From Phoronis australis (taxonomy: Eukaryota > Animalia > Phoronida): a DNA stretch of 64,000 bases. A model generated the notes under the pieces. The model was not told the origin of the DNA. It saw nothing but the letters and a program-made list of their open reading frames with translations, and ran no database searches. Within the stretch, counting starts at the first letter, position 1; the number at the start of each line of letters is the position of its first letter. Shown piece by piece: positions 38,462-50,659 of this stretch. Position numbers and translations under genes: made by a program. Location: the NCBI GenBank assembly GCA_002633005.1, contig NMRA01000324.1, forward strand, positions 314,624 through 378,623, read 5' to 3'.

Positions 38462-38978
38462 ATGGACAATGAAGTTGGTGTTGTCGATGATGAACATCTG
38501 CTAGAGCTGGGATCGACAAACCAAAAAGAAACGTACAAAGATGTCAAGATATCAGACGAGCTCACTACTAGCCAACAAAGGGAGGTGATAAGTCTGCTAG
38601 AAGAGTACTCTGACATCTTAAGTGAAGTACCAGGTACGACCCATCTGGTTGAGCCCAAGATTGAGACCATCAGTGAAGAGCCGGTGAGAGTCAAGCCGTA
38701 TCCCCTGCCATATGCCACACGGTCGGTTGTGCAGGAGGAAGTTGACAACATGTTAAAGTGTGGAGTCATAAAACCGTCTGATGCTCCCTATAACTCTCCA
38801 GTGGTCTTAGTGAAGAAGAAGGACGGTTCAAATCGATTCTGCATCGATTTTCGTCGTTTGAACGCCATCACCAAGTTCGACTCGGAACCGATGTGCAATC
38901 CTGATGACATCATGGCTAAGATCAGTAAAGACCAGTATTTTACAAAGATTGATCTGAGTAAAGGATACTGGCAAGTCA
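38462..38978 (+). pseudogene. Reverse transcriptase N-terminal part (Gypsy type), truncated at N
   Basis: PYNSPVVLVKKKDGSNRFCIDFRRLN...YFTKIDLSKGYWQV. Confidence 0.92.
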
Positions 38979-39221
38979 NAGCTTGGATAGCAGATAAGAC
39001 ATTTGATCCTTTGGTTGTTTGATTAAAGTAATCTTTAAAGAGGGCGCTAGCGTAGTTACTCTTTGTAGTTGATTACTTTATTAAAAATACGTTTCACTTG
39101 TCTAATTACGGGTTATCATATAATAAATTAATTACAGGATATGATTATTCACTCTCCATCTATGCACAACTTCAAAGCATAGCTACCTTTTAAACAAACC
39201 CACACATACAATCGTCTGACA

Positions 39222-41926
39222 AGACCATTTGCTAAAGCTGTCGATGGACTTGTAGTACTTTGTCAAAGTAGTCTACGAAACCAAGTTAGTTTAATGGCTT
39301 TCATAAAGGAGCTGACGTCAACCATTCTAGCTCCGCCAATATTGTACTCTAGAGCCATAATTTTACAACATATTTTTTCCGTTTTACCGTTTCATATAAA
39401 ACAGTGGAAAAGTTTGTTAAGCTGCTTCAAGAAGGCATGTGAGGGGGACGGGAGACTTGTAAAAAGATGGATAAGTTTTGGCATAATTATAGATTTCACA
39501 ACTGTTATTTTCCCAAAAAGTATCAAATTTATTTTTCCCCAGATGCCAATAGCCTTCCCTATTTCACCAAGCTTGCTGTTAAAATTAATGTCGGGAATTT
39601 TATATAAATCACAGGAGAATTAAATACCCAGTAAAATGAATTCCGATGTTGCCCATTTAAGTTTTATGTCACCGCACATTTTTTGATGGCTTCCCTTCAT
39701 AGAACCTATCCAAATACACATCGTTTTTTACAGATTAGGTTTTAGACCAGAATATTTTGCAAAATGGTTTAAAATGTAAAGTGTTTTCCGCAAAAACTGC
39801 TCCGAGCCATGTAAAGATATAACTGTGTCACCTGCATACTTCATTAGTTTGTATTCCACCGATCCGACCTGAATGCCCTTAACGCTATTCTCTAGTCTAA
39901 AGAACCAGCCCATAATTTCTTCGCATACAATAAAAAGCTATGGCGATAACGGATCACCCCGCCTGCAACCACGCCATATGTTGAAAAGTTAGATGTGACA
40001 CCGTTTTGTATAACACATTGCTTTGCCCCTGTGTTTAGTATATGGACCCATTTTTTCATTGAGTGACCAAAATTAAAGAAATTTAAGACTTTGTCAATAA
40101 AAGACCAATATAAGGAGTCAAACGCCCGTACAAGTAAACCCGGTTTATTAAACTGCTCAGTATACTGCATCAAGTCATAAGTATGCCTTGTATTTTCTGC
40201 TATGAAACGCCCAAAGAGAAAACCCTTTTGGTCACGGTGTATTAATGTTCGTATTACAGAACGAATATTTTTTGGGGGAAATACAGGAAGATAAAAGCTT
40301 GTAACTGATATTCAAGAGAGAAATAGGCCTCCAATTGTTTATATTATCTTTCGGTTTATTCTCTTTGGGTATGAGGGTAATAACTCCCTGGAGTTGGGAG
40401 TGTGGAAGGAAGCCTCTTCTGAAACTGCGATTCTACGCTTTAGTAAGATACTACGCTAGGTCGTTCCAAAAAAAAATTATAAAATTCCTTGATGAAACCG
40501 TCCGGACCTGGACTTTTATTATTTTTCATATGCTTCAATGAATTAAGCACCTCCTGTTCTGAGATTTCTGATTCGAATGAGTTGCTTTCAGCTTCACTTA
40601 ATTTAGGAATTCTCGTGCTCGGTAAGACGTCATTCAAATTGACTTCGTCTAGTAATCTGTCTTTACACGAATACAGTTCTTCATAAAATTGACTTATTTC
40701 TTTCAAAAGATCCTCAATTGTTTCACCACTCAAGGATAAAAATTTAGTAACAATATTATTGATAAAAGTACGTTTTTCCAGAATACAAAAATACTTAGTA
40801 GTTTTTTCACCAGCCTCCACCCACTTAGCTTTTGATCTTACCATCACACCTTTCATTTCTTTCGCTCTCATTGATTCAAGTTCGTCCTGCAGATCAGACA
40901 GTCTTCTGTCCAATTCAGCTGATGGGCTACTTTGATTTTGAGAAGTAATGGAACTGATGAGGGATTTAATCTCTGTTTTCCGCTTCTTATGATTCTTCTT
41001 ATTGTGACAACTATAGGAAATAGTACGTGACCTGATATTCACGAGAATAACTTGTAGGAGAAGACAGGCATCTATGTAGGAGGAATCTGCATTGCCTGAA
41101 GACGTATAGTCCATTACTGTGTTCTCAATTACCTCCTTAACTGTATTGATGTATTCTCTGTCTCTGAGAAGGGAATTGTTAAAGTGACAAATACCTCGAC
41201 CCCTCACAACTTTTGGGTTTTTCAACGAGAGAGAGATATAAGAGAATGATCTGTTCTATAGCCAGGCAGAATTTTGACGTCATCTGTGAGTGAAGGCAGT
41301 TCTTCATAATTTAAAAAGAAGTAAAATCGGGCGATTTGTACTGGATTCCTTCGTGTCCATGTAAAAAAAAATATTTGTATTGTACACTGTCCATGGGTCG
41401 ACAAGGTTAAGTTTACTCTTTAGGTTGAGGACTTACTTAGAGGCATTTACATTATTTTGTCTTTTGTACCCTTGACAATCGTTGTCATAACTTTGTACAA
41501 GATTCCAGTCACCACATACAATTACGAATTCAGAGTTAAAACCTGAAATAATTTTCTCAGCATTTTTGTAAAAATCTGGTTTGTCACTGTTTGGACCGTA
41601 CAAATTTATCAGAGATACTAGATAATTGTTTTAAATTAAGACTTCCTTGGCAACCAGATTACCATCCGAATCTATTTTTTGGACTTGACTTCAAATTCAA
41701 AGTTGATATTAAAAAGAATGCACACACCACGCGAGTCTCGTGTTCCTAGGATCATCAATATATCATATACCAAGGTGGAACGAACTAAGTTCGTTTATTC
41801 TTTGGTGAAGTGAGTGTCTTGGAGGCAGTAAATACAAAACTTTTTTTCTCTTAGAAAGTGGAACACATCTCTACGTTTTGTTAAGTCTCCTAGACCTCTA
41901 CAATTGTTTGAGGCAAAGTTAACCAT
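39222..41926 (-). pseudogene. L1/Tx1-clade LINE ORF2 (APE endonuclease plus RT), decayed and 3'-truncated by the Gypsy LTR
   Basis: MVNFASNNCRGLGD..KRRDVFHFL..YCLQDTHF, INLYGPN, GYRTDHS, NNKSPGPDGF, WRPISLLN, KYAGDT (YADD-like). Many frameshifts. Confidence 0.92.
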
Positions 41927-42799
41927 AATCCAGTTTATACTGAGCCGTGCTAATTTCCTTGACTAAAACCTGAGTAAATGAAATCACTGTACCGACACCA
42001 ACAACTATGAGAGAAAATGATGAAAGAAAAAAAGATCAGTGCAGTGGCAATATCTGTTGCCAACATATGTGCACATGCAATAAAATTATATGAAACTATA
42101 TAAACACTTATGACGTAAGTCTGGCCAGTTCCCCTAACTGAACTACAAAAGGATAAAATCACATTTCAATGACTCAATCTCAGCCTGCAGCACGATCCAC
42201 AACACAAACATATCAGGGTTTATCTACACATAATGCCAGCAAAGGACAATCACGACTGTACTTCGGACTGTAGTATATAAGTACCCAATGGGATTCGTGC
42301 TACACGGTGAGTCCAAGCCACGGTCAAGTGAAGATTTAGTCGTTCAGACTAAACACAAAGTGAGAAACACATGTTAGGAAACTATACAGAGTAGTCGAAT
42401 AATCACATGTTGATTTTTCCTACGCTCCTGCTGGGCTCTATTAAACTCAGAACGTACGTCTGGCACTCTCAGCAAGTAGTCTCATCCGTCACACTAGAAG
42501 AAATAGAAGAGACTCCAGAAATAATGAGCCACTAGTAAACGGCCGCACCAAACGTCACTAGGTGATCTCAAAGGGGATCAGCGCAACACATACTTCAACC
42601 GCACACACATGCACTACCATGATTGTACATAAATACAAGTGTACAGGAAGTAAACAAAGGGGGTTACACCCAACGCTCTACAGAACACTCTCAGAGAGGC
42701 AAAGTGAGATATAAATTCTGAAACTAATGTACCAGTGTACTACTCACGATATGCGTCACAGTGGAGTAGCACGAGTCTACATACGCCTATCGTTTGTTA

Positions 42800-43621
42800 T
42801 TTAAATTCCTGACAAATCTTGTAGACTGTATACTTTCTTTATAACACCACACAATTATTTGTAGTATACACGGCCGTTGAATGTCCAGCAACCTTGCACC
42901 TTGGTACCCAGGTCTCTGCAGGCTTTGAACAGCTGTGCTCTGCGTTTGATCAAGTTCTCGTTAACAAAAACTCTGCTTGCGACGTCTTTTAGATTTTTCT
43001 TCTTTTTCATGAAGTCACATCGAGGATTGTAGGATACAAATTTCACAATTATGGGGCGTTTATTGGCAGAGGGTGAATCGGTGGCTGCGACTAATGTCAG
43101 ACTTTTGGGTTGAGGTTCCATTTTTTTGCGCAAGCAGGATCACAATATCGTCGGTGTTTTCTCCGTCAGTTTCTGTTACCCCATTGATTATCAAGCAGTT
43201 TCGCCAGCTATTCTGTTGAACTTCGTCCATTTCATTCTCATGTTTTTGTGCTCGTCGCTCCATCACTCCTTTGAATTTCGAAAGTTGGTTTTCCAGGGAG
43301 TTTATTTTTTGTCCTTTTCTTCCAGCTTTTTTGCCGTATTCAAACTCTAAGGCCTTGTAAATCTCATCTCTCATATCCTCTATAAAAGGTTTCAGCACAT
43401 GTAGACCTCTGAACATAGATTGGATTTCACCGTGCATCAAGGCTTCCTTGAGGTTACTTTCAGTGGAAGCTTTGACGCTTTGTCGTTGACCTGCTTTTCC
43501 TTGGTCAAAATAGCTTCCATGGTAGGCTGCTTCAGTGATTTTAAACAAGATGATTTTCGAAGTTCCTCAGTGTCCTTACGGCTTTGCTCCTCTTGGACTT
43601 GGGGTCTCTCTTGGCCAGCAT
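42800..43621 (-). pseudogene. LINE ORF1 (coiled coil plus RRM/CTD of L1/Tx1 type), frameshifted
   Basis: QNSWRNCLIINGVTETDGENTDDIV..DISRSHR, RPIIVKFVSY..VFVNENL..CWTFNGRVY. Confidence 0.85.
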
Positions 43622-44683
43622 TATGACAAACTGACTGTAAGCAAATTCACACCCACTGGAAAGTTCGGTAACTTGTGGAGCAAATGACAAATGCACCCCT
43701 TCCGCCGTCACCCCGAGGAAAACCAAACTGTGAAGGGAACATTTCTTCCCTAGTAGATAAAATTGTTGGACTGACATTAGACCAAGCTACTGAGGAAAAC
43801 ACTGAGTTCAGGAGATGGAGCAGTATGAAATGTGTGTATTACCGGCTGTAGGCCTGGGCAACTGCGTCTTTGCGTTAATTAGCACTCACATTTTGATGGC
43901 TGAAAACCTTATGCTATCCAGAAGTGTTAACACATGGAAATTCAGCTGTAAACGCTCAGTTAGAATACTTTTAATTACTACGTGTTTATTTGATGTGAAA
44001 CTACGTCTACTTAGAAATCAACAAGCCCTATATAGAATACGATTCGCTAATTGAAGAATTCCCGATGACTAAAACAATGATTTGAAATGTAAGGTACGTA
44101 AATCTTGTTTTTAAGTTTTCTCGCCTCCCCGTCTTTGAGAAAGTGTAAAATCTATGTCACACCTGCCTGCAATCAGGGTAACACGAACATCCCCTACAGC
44201 TGCTTTTGACACTTGTAATGCCTAGGCGACAAGGGAGTAAACTGGGTTAGTTGCCAAGAATGGTTGATTAAGATGGAGTTCCCGAATTGGCCGCAATAAA
44301 GTGCAGTGATATGGCGGGTTATGAGGAGCAAATTTAAAATTAAAAACTATTATCTCTGTTCTCAAATATACATCCTCAAACATGGTATGATGACTTTCCA
44401 AATTCAAAGGTTTTGATGTTTCTCAATAGCCTTTGGATATTTTCTTCTCTCGCACTTTGATTTTTTTCTGTGTCTCACATCAACCATAGTTATTTTCGAG
44501 TAAGATTTCAAGCACAGTGCAAAACGAAAATTGATATATGGAGCATACGTACGAATTTTACTCAAAATCGTACTCGAAATATAGATGAGATACAATTCAC
44601 GTCGATTGTACTTGAAAAGTGAGTACGCCCTCTTTTTTGGAGTATGACAATTGATACAACCAAATCTGATAATCTACTCGAGT

Positions 44684-44768
44684 TGAGTATGAAGTGCGAT
44701 TTGAGTCTGACCTGGCCTAACCTCTCAGCTTAGATTCGAATCAGACTCAAACTCACACTTCATACTCA
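44684..44768. repeat. Inverted repeat (~27-bp arms), core of a probable palindromic MITE
   Basis: tgagtatgaagtgcgatttgagtctga ... tcagactcaaactcacacttcatactca, with flanking tactcga/gagta repeats. Confidence 0.7.
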
Positions 44769-45495
44769 CCTTGAACACAGACTCATCTTTGGAGTATTCA
44801 ATAACTTACTCGAAAAATCTGTACACTAGAGTTCTTGAACAACTTCGGCAAGGTTTGCTCAAATTTATCACTTTTGTATCGACTGAATTGTCATATCAGA
44901 CAGAAGCTTTGAAATTCGCCTGGGGTAAGAACGATTTTGAATAAAAATTGGGGTGAGTTCGAGTCGCAGTTCAAGGATGAGAAAACGTGTCCTCGATTTT
45001 TTCTTACGCTTTACGTCTGTGACGTCACAGCTGGTATTACCAAATTTGACGCAATTAAAACATCATAATCGGAAACATAGTTCCCCACTACTTAACCTAC
45101 CACCTTCTCTAAGCCATGCTGCAAAGTAAGTACCAAAGCTTGCTCAATCATCCCGTTTTAGAATAGCTGTGTACGTACATGTGTGTCTATGGCCCTTTAC
45201 ACGACGTTATGGACATTTGCGTGCGATATGCATTTTATAAACATGATATACCGGGGTCTTAAGTAGTAAGTTTTGATAGAATGTATGCCATAAAAATGAA
45301 CATGACCCTGCAAAGAAATAGCTAAAACGTTGCATGTGAATTGATATCCACGTCAAACGAAACCAACCGGCACAATACACTCATTGAAGTCTCCGTCTAT
45401 TTTTGTACCACCAGAAAATTTTAACTGAAACAGAGGTCGTTTAGTTTACAACCAATCCCTTTCAGTAACGAGACTAATACATGTAGATAAGTATA

Positions 45496-45658
45496 GATTA
45501 TTACATGGCGAATTCGTTAACCCCCCCCCCGTTATCTAGAGCCCGAATGGATTTTGGAGAATTATCGCCCGAGGGACGTTAGCCCCGAGTGTGATAATTC
45601 TACAAAATCCACTCGGGCTCTAGATAAGGGGGATAACGGCTGAGAACATGTAATAATC
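45496..45658. repeat. ~163-bp imperfect palindrome (hairpin-type non-autonomous element end)
   Basis: gattattacatg..ttatctagagcccgaatggattttggagaattatc | cccgagggacgttagccccgag | gataattctacaaaatccactcgggctctagataa..catgtaataatc. Confidence 0.85.
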
Positions 45659-46206
45659 CATTTATAGCACATACTAAACGAGAAACATTGCAATGAATCG
45701 ATTTTTCTTTTCTGAATCTCCACGGCTTTGTAACTACTTTCTATGTCAGAGGCCCGGGGTCGGAGCTCGTGACCTTTTAAGAAAAGCCGGGCTATTTTTG
45801 TCAAATAATGCTTTTACTCAAAACCAATTGAAAACTTAACTATAATAGAAATAAATTGAATTTATAAGTTAAGATTTACCAACTATTATAGCTTAAAACA
45901 CGTTTTTTTTCACGCTAAGCTTCGACCGGGAAATTATCGTCTGCTAAAGTAGGTTACCGCTGATAACTGAATATAATTCCCAAGTCAAAGATCCTGACGA
46001 CACGATATACGCATTCAAACTGGAGATCGGTGATTTAGAAGTAATAGGACATGAGAGAAAAAATTCACTGAATTAAGATATCATTTTTATGGAAATCATG
46101 TGCCTTATTTTTCGTAGCGTATAAGTACAGTACAATGCGGTTTGTTGAACATGCGATTATTGCGCGTGCTCATTTAAGTATTCTATTTTCACTCTTGATG
46201 ATGTCA

Positions 46207-46280
46207 GTCGCTGCATGGTGTAGTGGTAAAGTCGGCGACCAGCCAATTCCAGGGTCCCGGGTTCGACTCCGTCCTCGGCT
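46207..46280 (+). mobile_element. tRNA-derived SINE head / tRNA pseudogene
   Basis: Pol III A box TGGTGTAGTGG (46216-46226) and B box GGTTCGACTCC (46260-46270) at tRNA spacing. Acceptor and anticodon stems are imperfect. Confidence 0.7.
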
Positions 46281-47053
46281 TCTCGCCAAATCGTTCTTTC
46301 ATTGGTGAGATAACTTTATGGGTTATTACACGGTTGTATCTGCCATTTGACGCTAATATTGTGGTATAAAGGACTAATAATGACACTATATATGCATGCA
46401 AATTATTTATTCTCCCTGTCCAAAACGTAATGGTCAAAGACATGAAATTGTCCCCCTTCATCGAGGCACTCCTTACATGTATACCGTACCACCTAATATA
46501 AGTATCCAAACTCGAACTGAGTTATATGTAAGGATATAGCGAGTTGTAAAAATGGCTCTAGAATTTTGCAGAGGAAGGATCAAACTTACAACAATGGAAG
46601 TAAAAAATCTGGCCGTATGGGATGCCCGTTGCAACAATGACGCAATTATCTTTACTATGCCATAGCTTCCAGAACGTAGTGCATGAATGGTTTAAACACC
46701 CCCAACACACACAACATTAGAAATTGGCTTATTACTTGTTATTTCACTTTATTTGCCAGCATGGTACATTTATCTTTTTTTGTACAAGTTATGGTAATGT
46801 GACATTGTGTACCCATATAACGCATTGGTTGTGGATTCGTGAATTGAAATACACGTGCGTACACCTGTGTAAGCTTTTTAAATCTTCTAAAATCAGTGCT
46901 CGTAACTTCACCAATCTGTCCTCTGTTGTTGCTGAAAAAGCATGCGTTTTAATTTATCTGTCGAGCCTTCTCGTACTAAGAAATTCCAGACTGTCAGAAT
47001 ATAGTCTGACAGTATTTTTAGTTGTATTGTTCTGTTTTGTTATTCTGTTACAT

Positions 47054-47760
47054 TGTCATGACCCCTGAGTTAAGTTTAGTGACGATGTAATTTGTTAACT
47101 ACAAACTAGTGTGGAATTTTCTAGATGATTGGGGTCAGAACAGCGATGATGTAATTTATTTACTACAGTATAGTGTGGAATTTTCTAGAAGACTCTAGCA
47201 TGACAGTGATTAATGCAGTCTGGAAGATTCTAGAGACCAATATATGTTTATTGAATGATTGGGTGGATTCAGGAAAGTTCTAGACTGTGCCTGAATTGAT
47301 ATAAAGTCCCAGGACAATGCATTAGGCTATAAATATACAAGCAGGGGTTTTTGTTAGGGAGATCAAGTCAGTTCAAGAGGAGATCAAGTCAGTTGATTGG
47401 TCAGTTCAAGAAAGTTAATCAGGAGAATTACAGTTGAGTTGCAGCGAAGAGAATCAGCAGTTACAGCGATAGTCAATAGCGAACCAGCTATAGATACAGC
47501 AGGTTATTGAATCAACGAGTGTAACAGTTGCTGAACGTGTCTGAGAATTTCATCACAAGCCAAGGCTTCGCAGCATTGGCTTGCGCATAAACAGACATTA
47601 CGTCTGACGTTTTGTTTGAGTAGGCTTGTGAAAGGAAGGTCGGGATTAATAATGGATTGACTCGAACCAGTCTTCAGTCACTCATCTTACTGAAAGCTAT
47701 TAGCACCGGTCTGTAACAACCTGCGCCCAATCTCCCACGTGGAGAAGCGAGACCTACACA
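47054..47760 (+). mobile_element. Probable solo LTR (707 bp, TG...CA) carrying the conserved structured motif at its 3' end
   Basis: Starts tgtcatga and ends cctacaca, flanked by tacat/tacct (5-bp TSD, one mismatch). TATA-like ctataaata at ~47328, tcagtt initiator-like repeats, and U3 motifs shared with solo LTR 15290-16186. Confidence 0.6.
47555..47756 (+). ncRNA. Candidate conserved structured RNA motif, copy 2
   Basis: Hairpins CAAGCCAA/TTGGCTTG, CAGAC/GTCTG, GTTTGAGT/ACTCGAAC, ACTG/CGGT and TCTC/GAGA. Homologous to 16362-16570. Confidence 0.55.
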
Positions 47761-49443
47761 TACCTTCTTCACATTATTGGAAAAATAGCTCTACACTTTA
47801 GACCTTATAGAAATCTGTGGTCAACAACAATGTATACCTCTGTCAATGTTGCATAAACACGCGATCAACAAGCATTACTGAAGATGTCCCTAATGTTACA
47901 CGCCAATACCGTTGATGAAATACACCGTGTTCCGTCAGGATTTAGCCTATACATGTACACCTGTACATGTAGCGAGCGCTAAGCCTATTGAACTAAGTGT
48001 GTTCTGCCCGCCACCGGAGAACAACCTTGCCCTAATACAGACTCCAATGACTGTCTGTGGAAGCAGCCATGATTTTTATTTATAATTTTCCAAATGCAAG
48101 TTCAGCTCTCGCATTCAAGTCGTTGCTTGATATGTACTTTACGTGGATCCTTTGCTGTAGTATTTTTAGCTAAGCCTTAGAAGGATTGCCCAGGAACACG
48201 GTCAATCGAATACCACCCGAGTTGAGCAATACTGTACATGTAAGCATTGTAGCAAAGAAAATAACTTTAAAATGACAAAGCTGTAAAGAAACGGGTGATT
48301 GTTATGGGATTTGAATGTATACCATCAGTATACACAAAGTAACTCGTGTGTTTTGGGCTGCTAGAACAGGGCATATGCGATTTAATAAAATTGCTATTAT
48401 TTTTCATATATCACTAGTTTGATTGAAGTTTCTGGTGGTAGATTTAGCTTCAAGAATTGTTTGTTTGGTAAAACGTCATGTTACTTGTACACGAAACACC
48501 ACCCACGTCACATTTATGACAGTAATTTCTACTTATACTTTACCTGGTATTCAATCACAGTAAAGATGCAGGTACTGAGCCAATACTGGCGGTGAGCTCA
48601 TATTAAGCCTCTATACTACTAACATAGGCGAAAATGCAGGGGTGGGCCAATACAGTGCCAATATTGAACCACTAATGTTGCCATTACAAGCCCAATACAG
48701 GGATATTACTGTTTGGGAATTGGAATTGTTTCAATGCTTGATGTTTTTAACTCGTACAACGTTCGCTTTGTTGGTAATTCCAATTCTATTGCATGTGCAC
48801 CTGTGGCTTACGAAAAGAAAAAGGCTCTTGTTGATAGTTTCTAAATTAACATACATACAAAAATACGAATTATATAAACATAAACTAAGAAACTGGTTAT
48901 GTTTACAAAACTGTCTATGGCTGGTTAGTGGACTGGCAGCTTCACACAGTCTTCGACCTCCCTCCCAGTTACTGTACCAGCATTTCAGAACCTGTCGCCA
49001 GTCTCTTTTACTATGAAGCTTGCATAAGCATTACTGTGCTCCTGATCACAATCACTGAAATAAAACAACGCCTGCTAGTATCTTAGAAAAGATTCCACTA
49101 TACATTTTCCAGACAATTTATGCATAATAGAATAAAAAATACCTAAAGACACTGTGTAACATTCCATCACGAATCGTATTGAAAATGCATAATCTGCAAG
49201 AAATATTATTGTTCCAACCTTTGTTAAAAAAGTGTTACAGCTGGTTGTAGGACTTCCGTATCTCGTAATAAATATTTTCAGAGGCGACTTTTCATTGCTT
49301 CCATTTCTTCTCAGAATGTCTATTTCTTTAACATTCAAGAATTCCTAAATATACTTCAAAATCTGTTACAAAAAACTCTTGAGTATCAATTGGTGGATTT
49401 GCTCCGTGTTTACACAAAATTCATACTGATGTGTCCTTTTCAA

Positions 49444-49854
49444 CTTTGCCGCCAAGCCTCAAGATGGCGCTGATCGGTTTAGAAATTTGTTGCTTCGTTA
49501 TGTGAATTACTTTCTGGGCAATGATTGACCGATGCCATGACGACATTGCAGCCATCCATGCGACTGATGGCATTGTTTTACTTAAAGTCTGAAATAAAGG
49601 TAAACTTATTTTCAATTCTTAATAATGACTAGATTTAATCTGTTTTCGAATCAAAATACATCATTTTTGCAAAAAATTAAACCTAAATTGCTGCAATATG
49701 CGGTTAGTTTTTATTTTTATATAATACAGCAGAACTTTTTGAAATTACTTGTGATATTCCGGCAATTTACATAAAAATTCTGACACATTTCAGTTTCATT
49801 ACCAAGCCTCAAATGGCTTAACTGATGAGCACCATCTTGAGACTTGGTGAAGAG
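49444..49854. mobile_element. MITE with ~35-bp imperfect TIRs
   Basis: ctttgccgccaagcctcaagatggcgctgatcggtt ... aactgatgagcaccatcttgagacttggtgaagag. Confidence 0.7.
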
Positions 49855-50659
49855 GCTAAGTATTCCTAATTTCGTATTATGCCGCGCGTGCACAAGGTCA
49901 ATTATGTTGTCAAAGATATAAACACAGCAACAAAACAGTTATTGTTTACGTTTTACAAGATCAGCAATAGCCGGCATTGTCTAGAATGCTGATATTTAGG
50001 CGTATGGAGATTCGTTGTGAAGCAGAAGTAGAATTCACACTTAAGTAAAGCAACTCTGCATGAGAGAAACGGGTTGCTGAAGCAAAATTTCAACGCCACT
50101 AGATCCCTACAACAGCTGTGTAAACTTATTTTGTGGAGTTACGCAAAAAAAAAAAATATCAATCGAAGAGGAACACCCCAAGGCACACACTGCTAGGGTC
50201 TGTGGCTCAACCTCGCAATGTTCTCAATTTTTTCTATACTAGCAGGTGTTTCATGAAAACTGATGCTCAGCAGCTACTTTGAGCTGCTAAGCGAGAAGTT
50301 TCCTTTCGATACCTTACTTTAAAACAGTCAAAAACAGTCATGCTTGCGCGAAACCGGAAATTATAAACCAGACATTTGAGTTTGTCTGTTCCTCGATCAC
50401 CCCTGACGTCACTCACTAGGCTACGTATTAAAATAGAAAGGTTGAACTATATCAATTGGTTTGCTCAGAATTTTATTAAATGTGCATAAAACTTAACAAA
50501 ATCAGGACCAAACAAATTTTTGAATGCCTTTCCTTTTTTAACATTAAACTGCCTTCGAGTGGGGATTTGAAAACAAAAATGTTGAAACCCACCAATGTTA
50601 TTGTTGACGTTCATGGCAGACGACCTTCGTACACATCCAGAATTCTCATGGACAGTACC

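Larger units (their letters stand above)
35325..39221 (+). mobile_element. Gmr1-like Gypsy LTR retrotransposon, decayed; 5' LTR truncated (35325-35385), 3' LTR partial (38980-39221)
   Basis: LTR end tctgaca, PBS, gag, protease, integrase and then Gypsy-type RT. Multiple stops and frameshifts. A single N at 38979 joins RT to the LTR. Confidence 0.93.

Noticed and set aside
35665-38769. Antisense ORFs over the retrotransposon
   Set aside because: They are shadow frames of gag/pol with no independent motifs.
46207-46280. Functional tRNA gene
   Set aside because: Acceptor and anticodon stems do not pair properly. It is better explained as a SINE head or pseudogene.
46204-46509. ORF containing ESNPGP (2A-like)
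   Set aside because: The motif is simply the antisense translation of the tRNA/SINE B box (gggtcccgggttcgactc).
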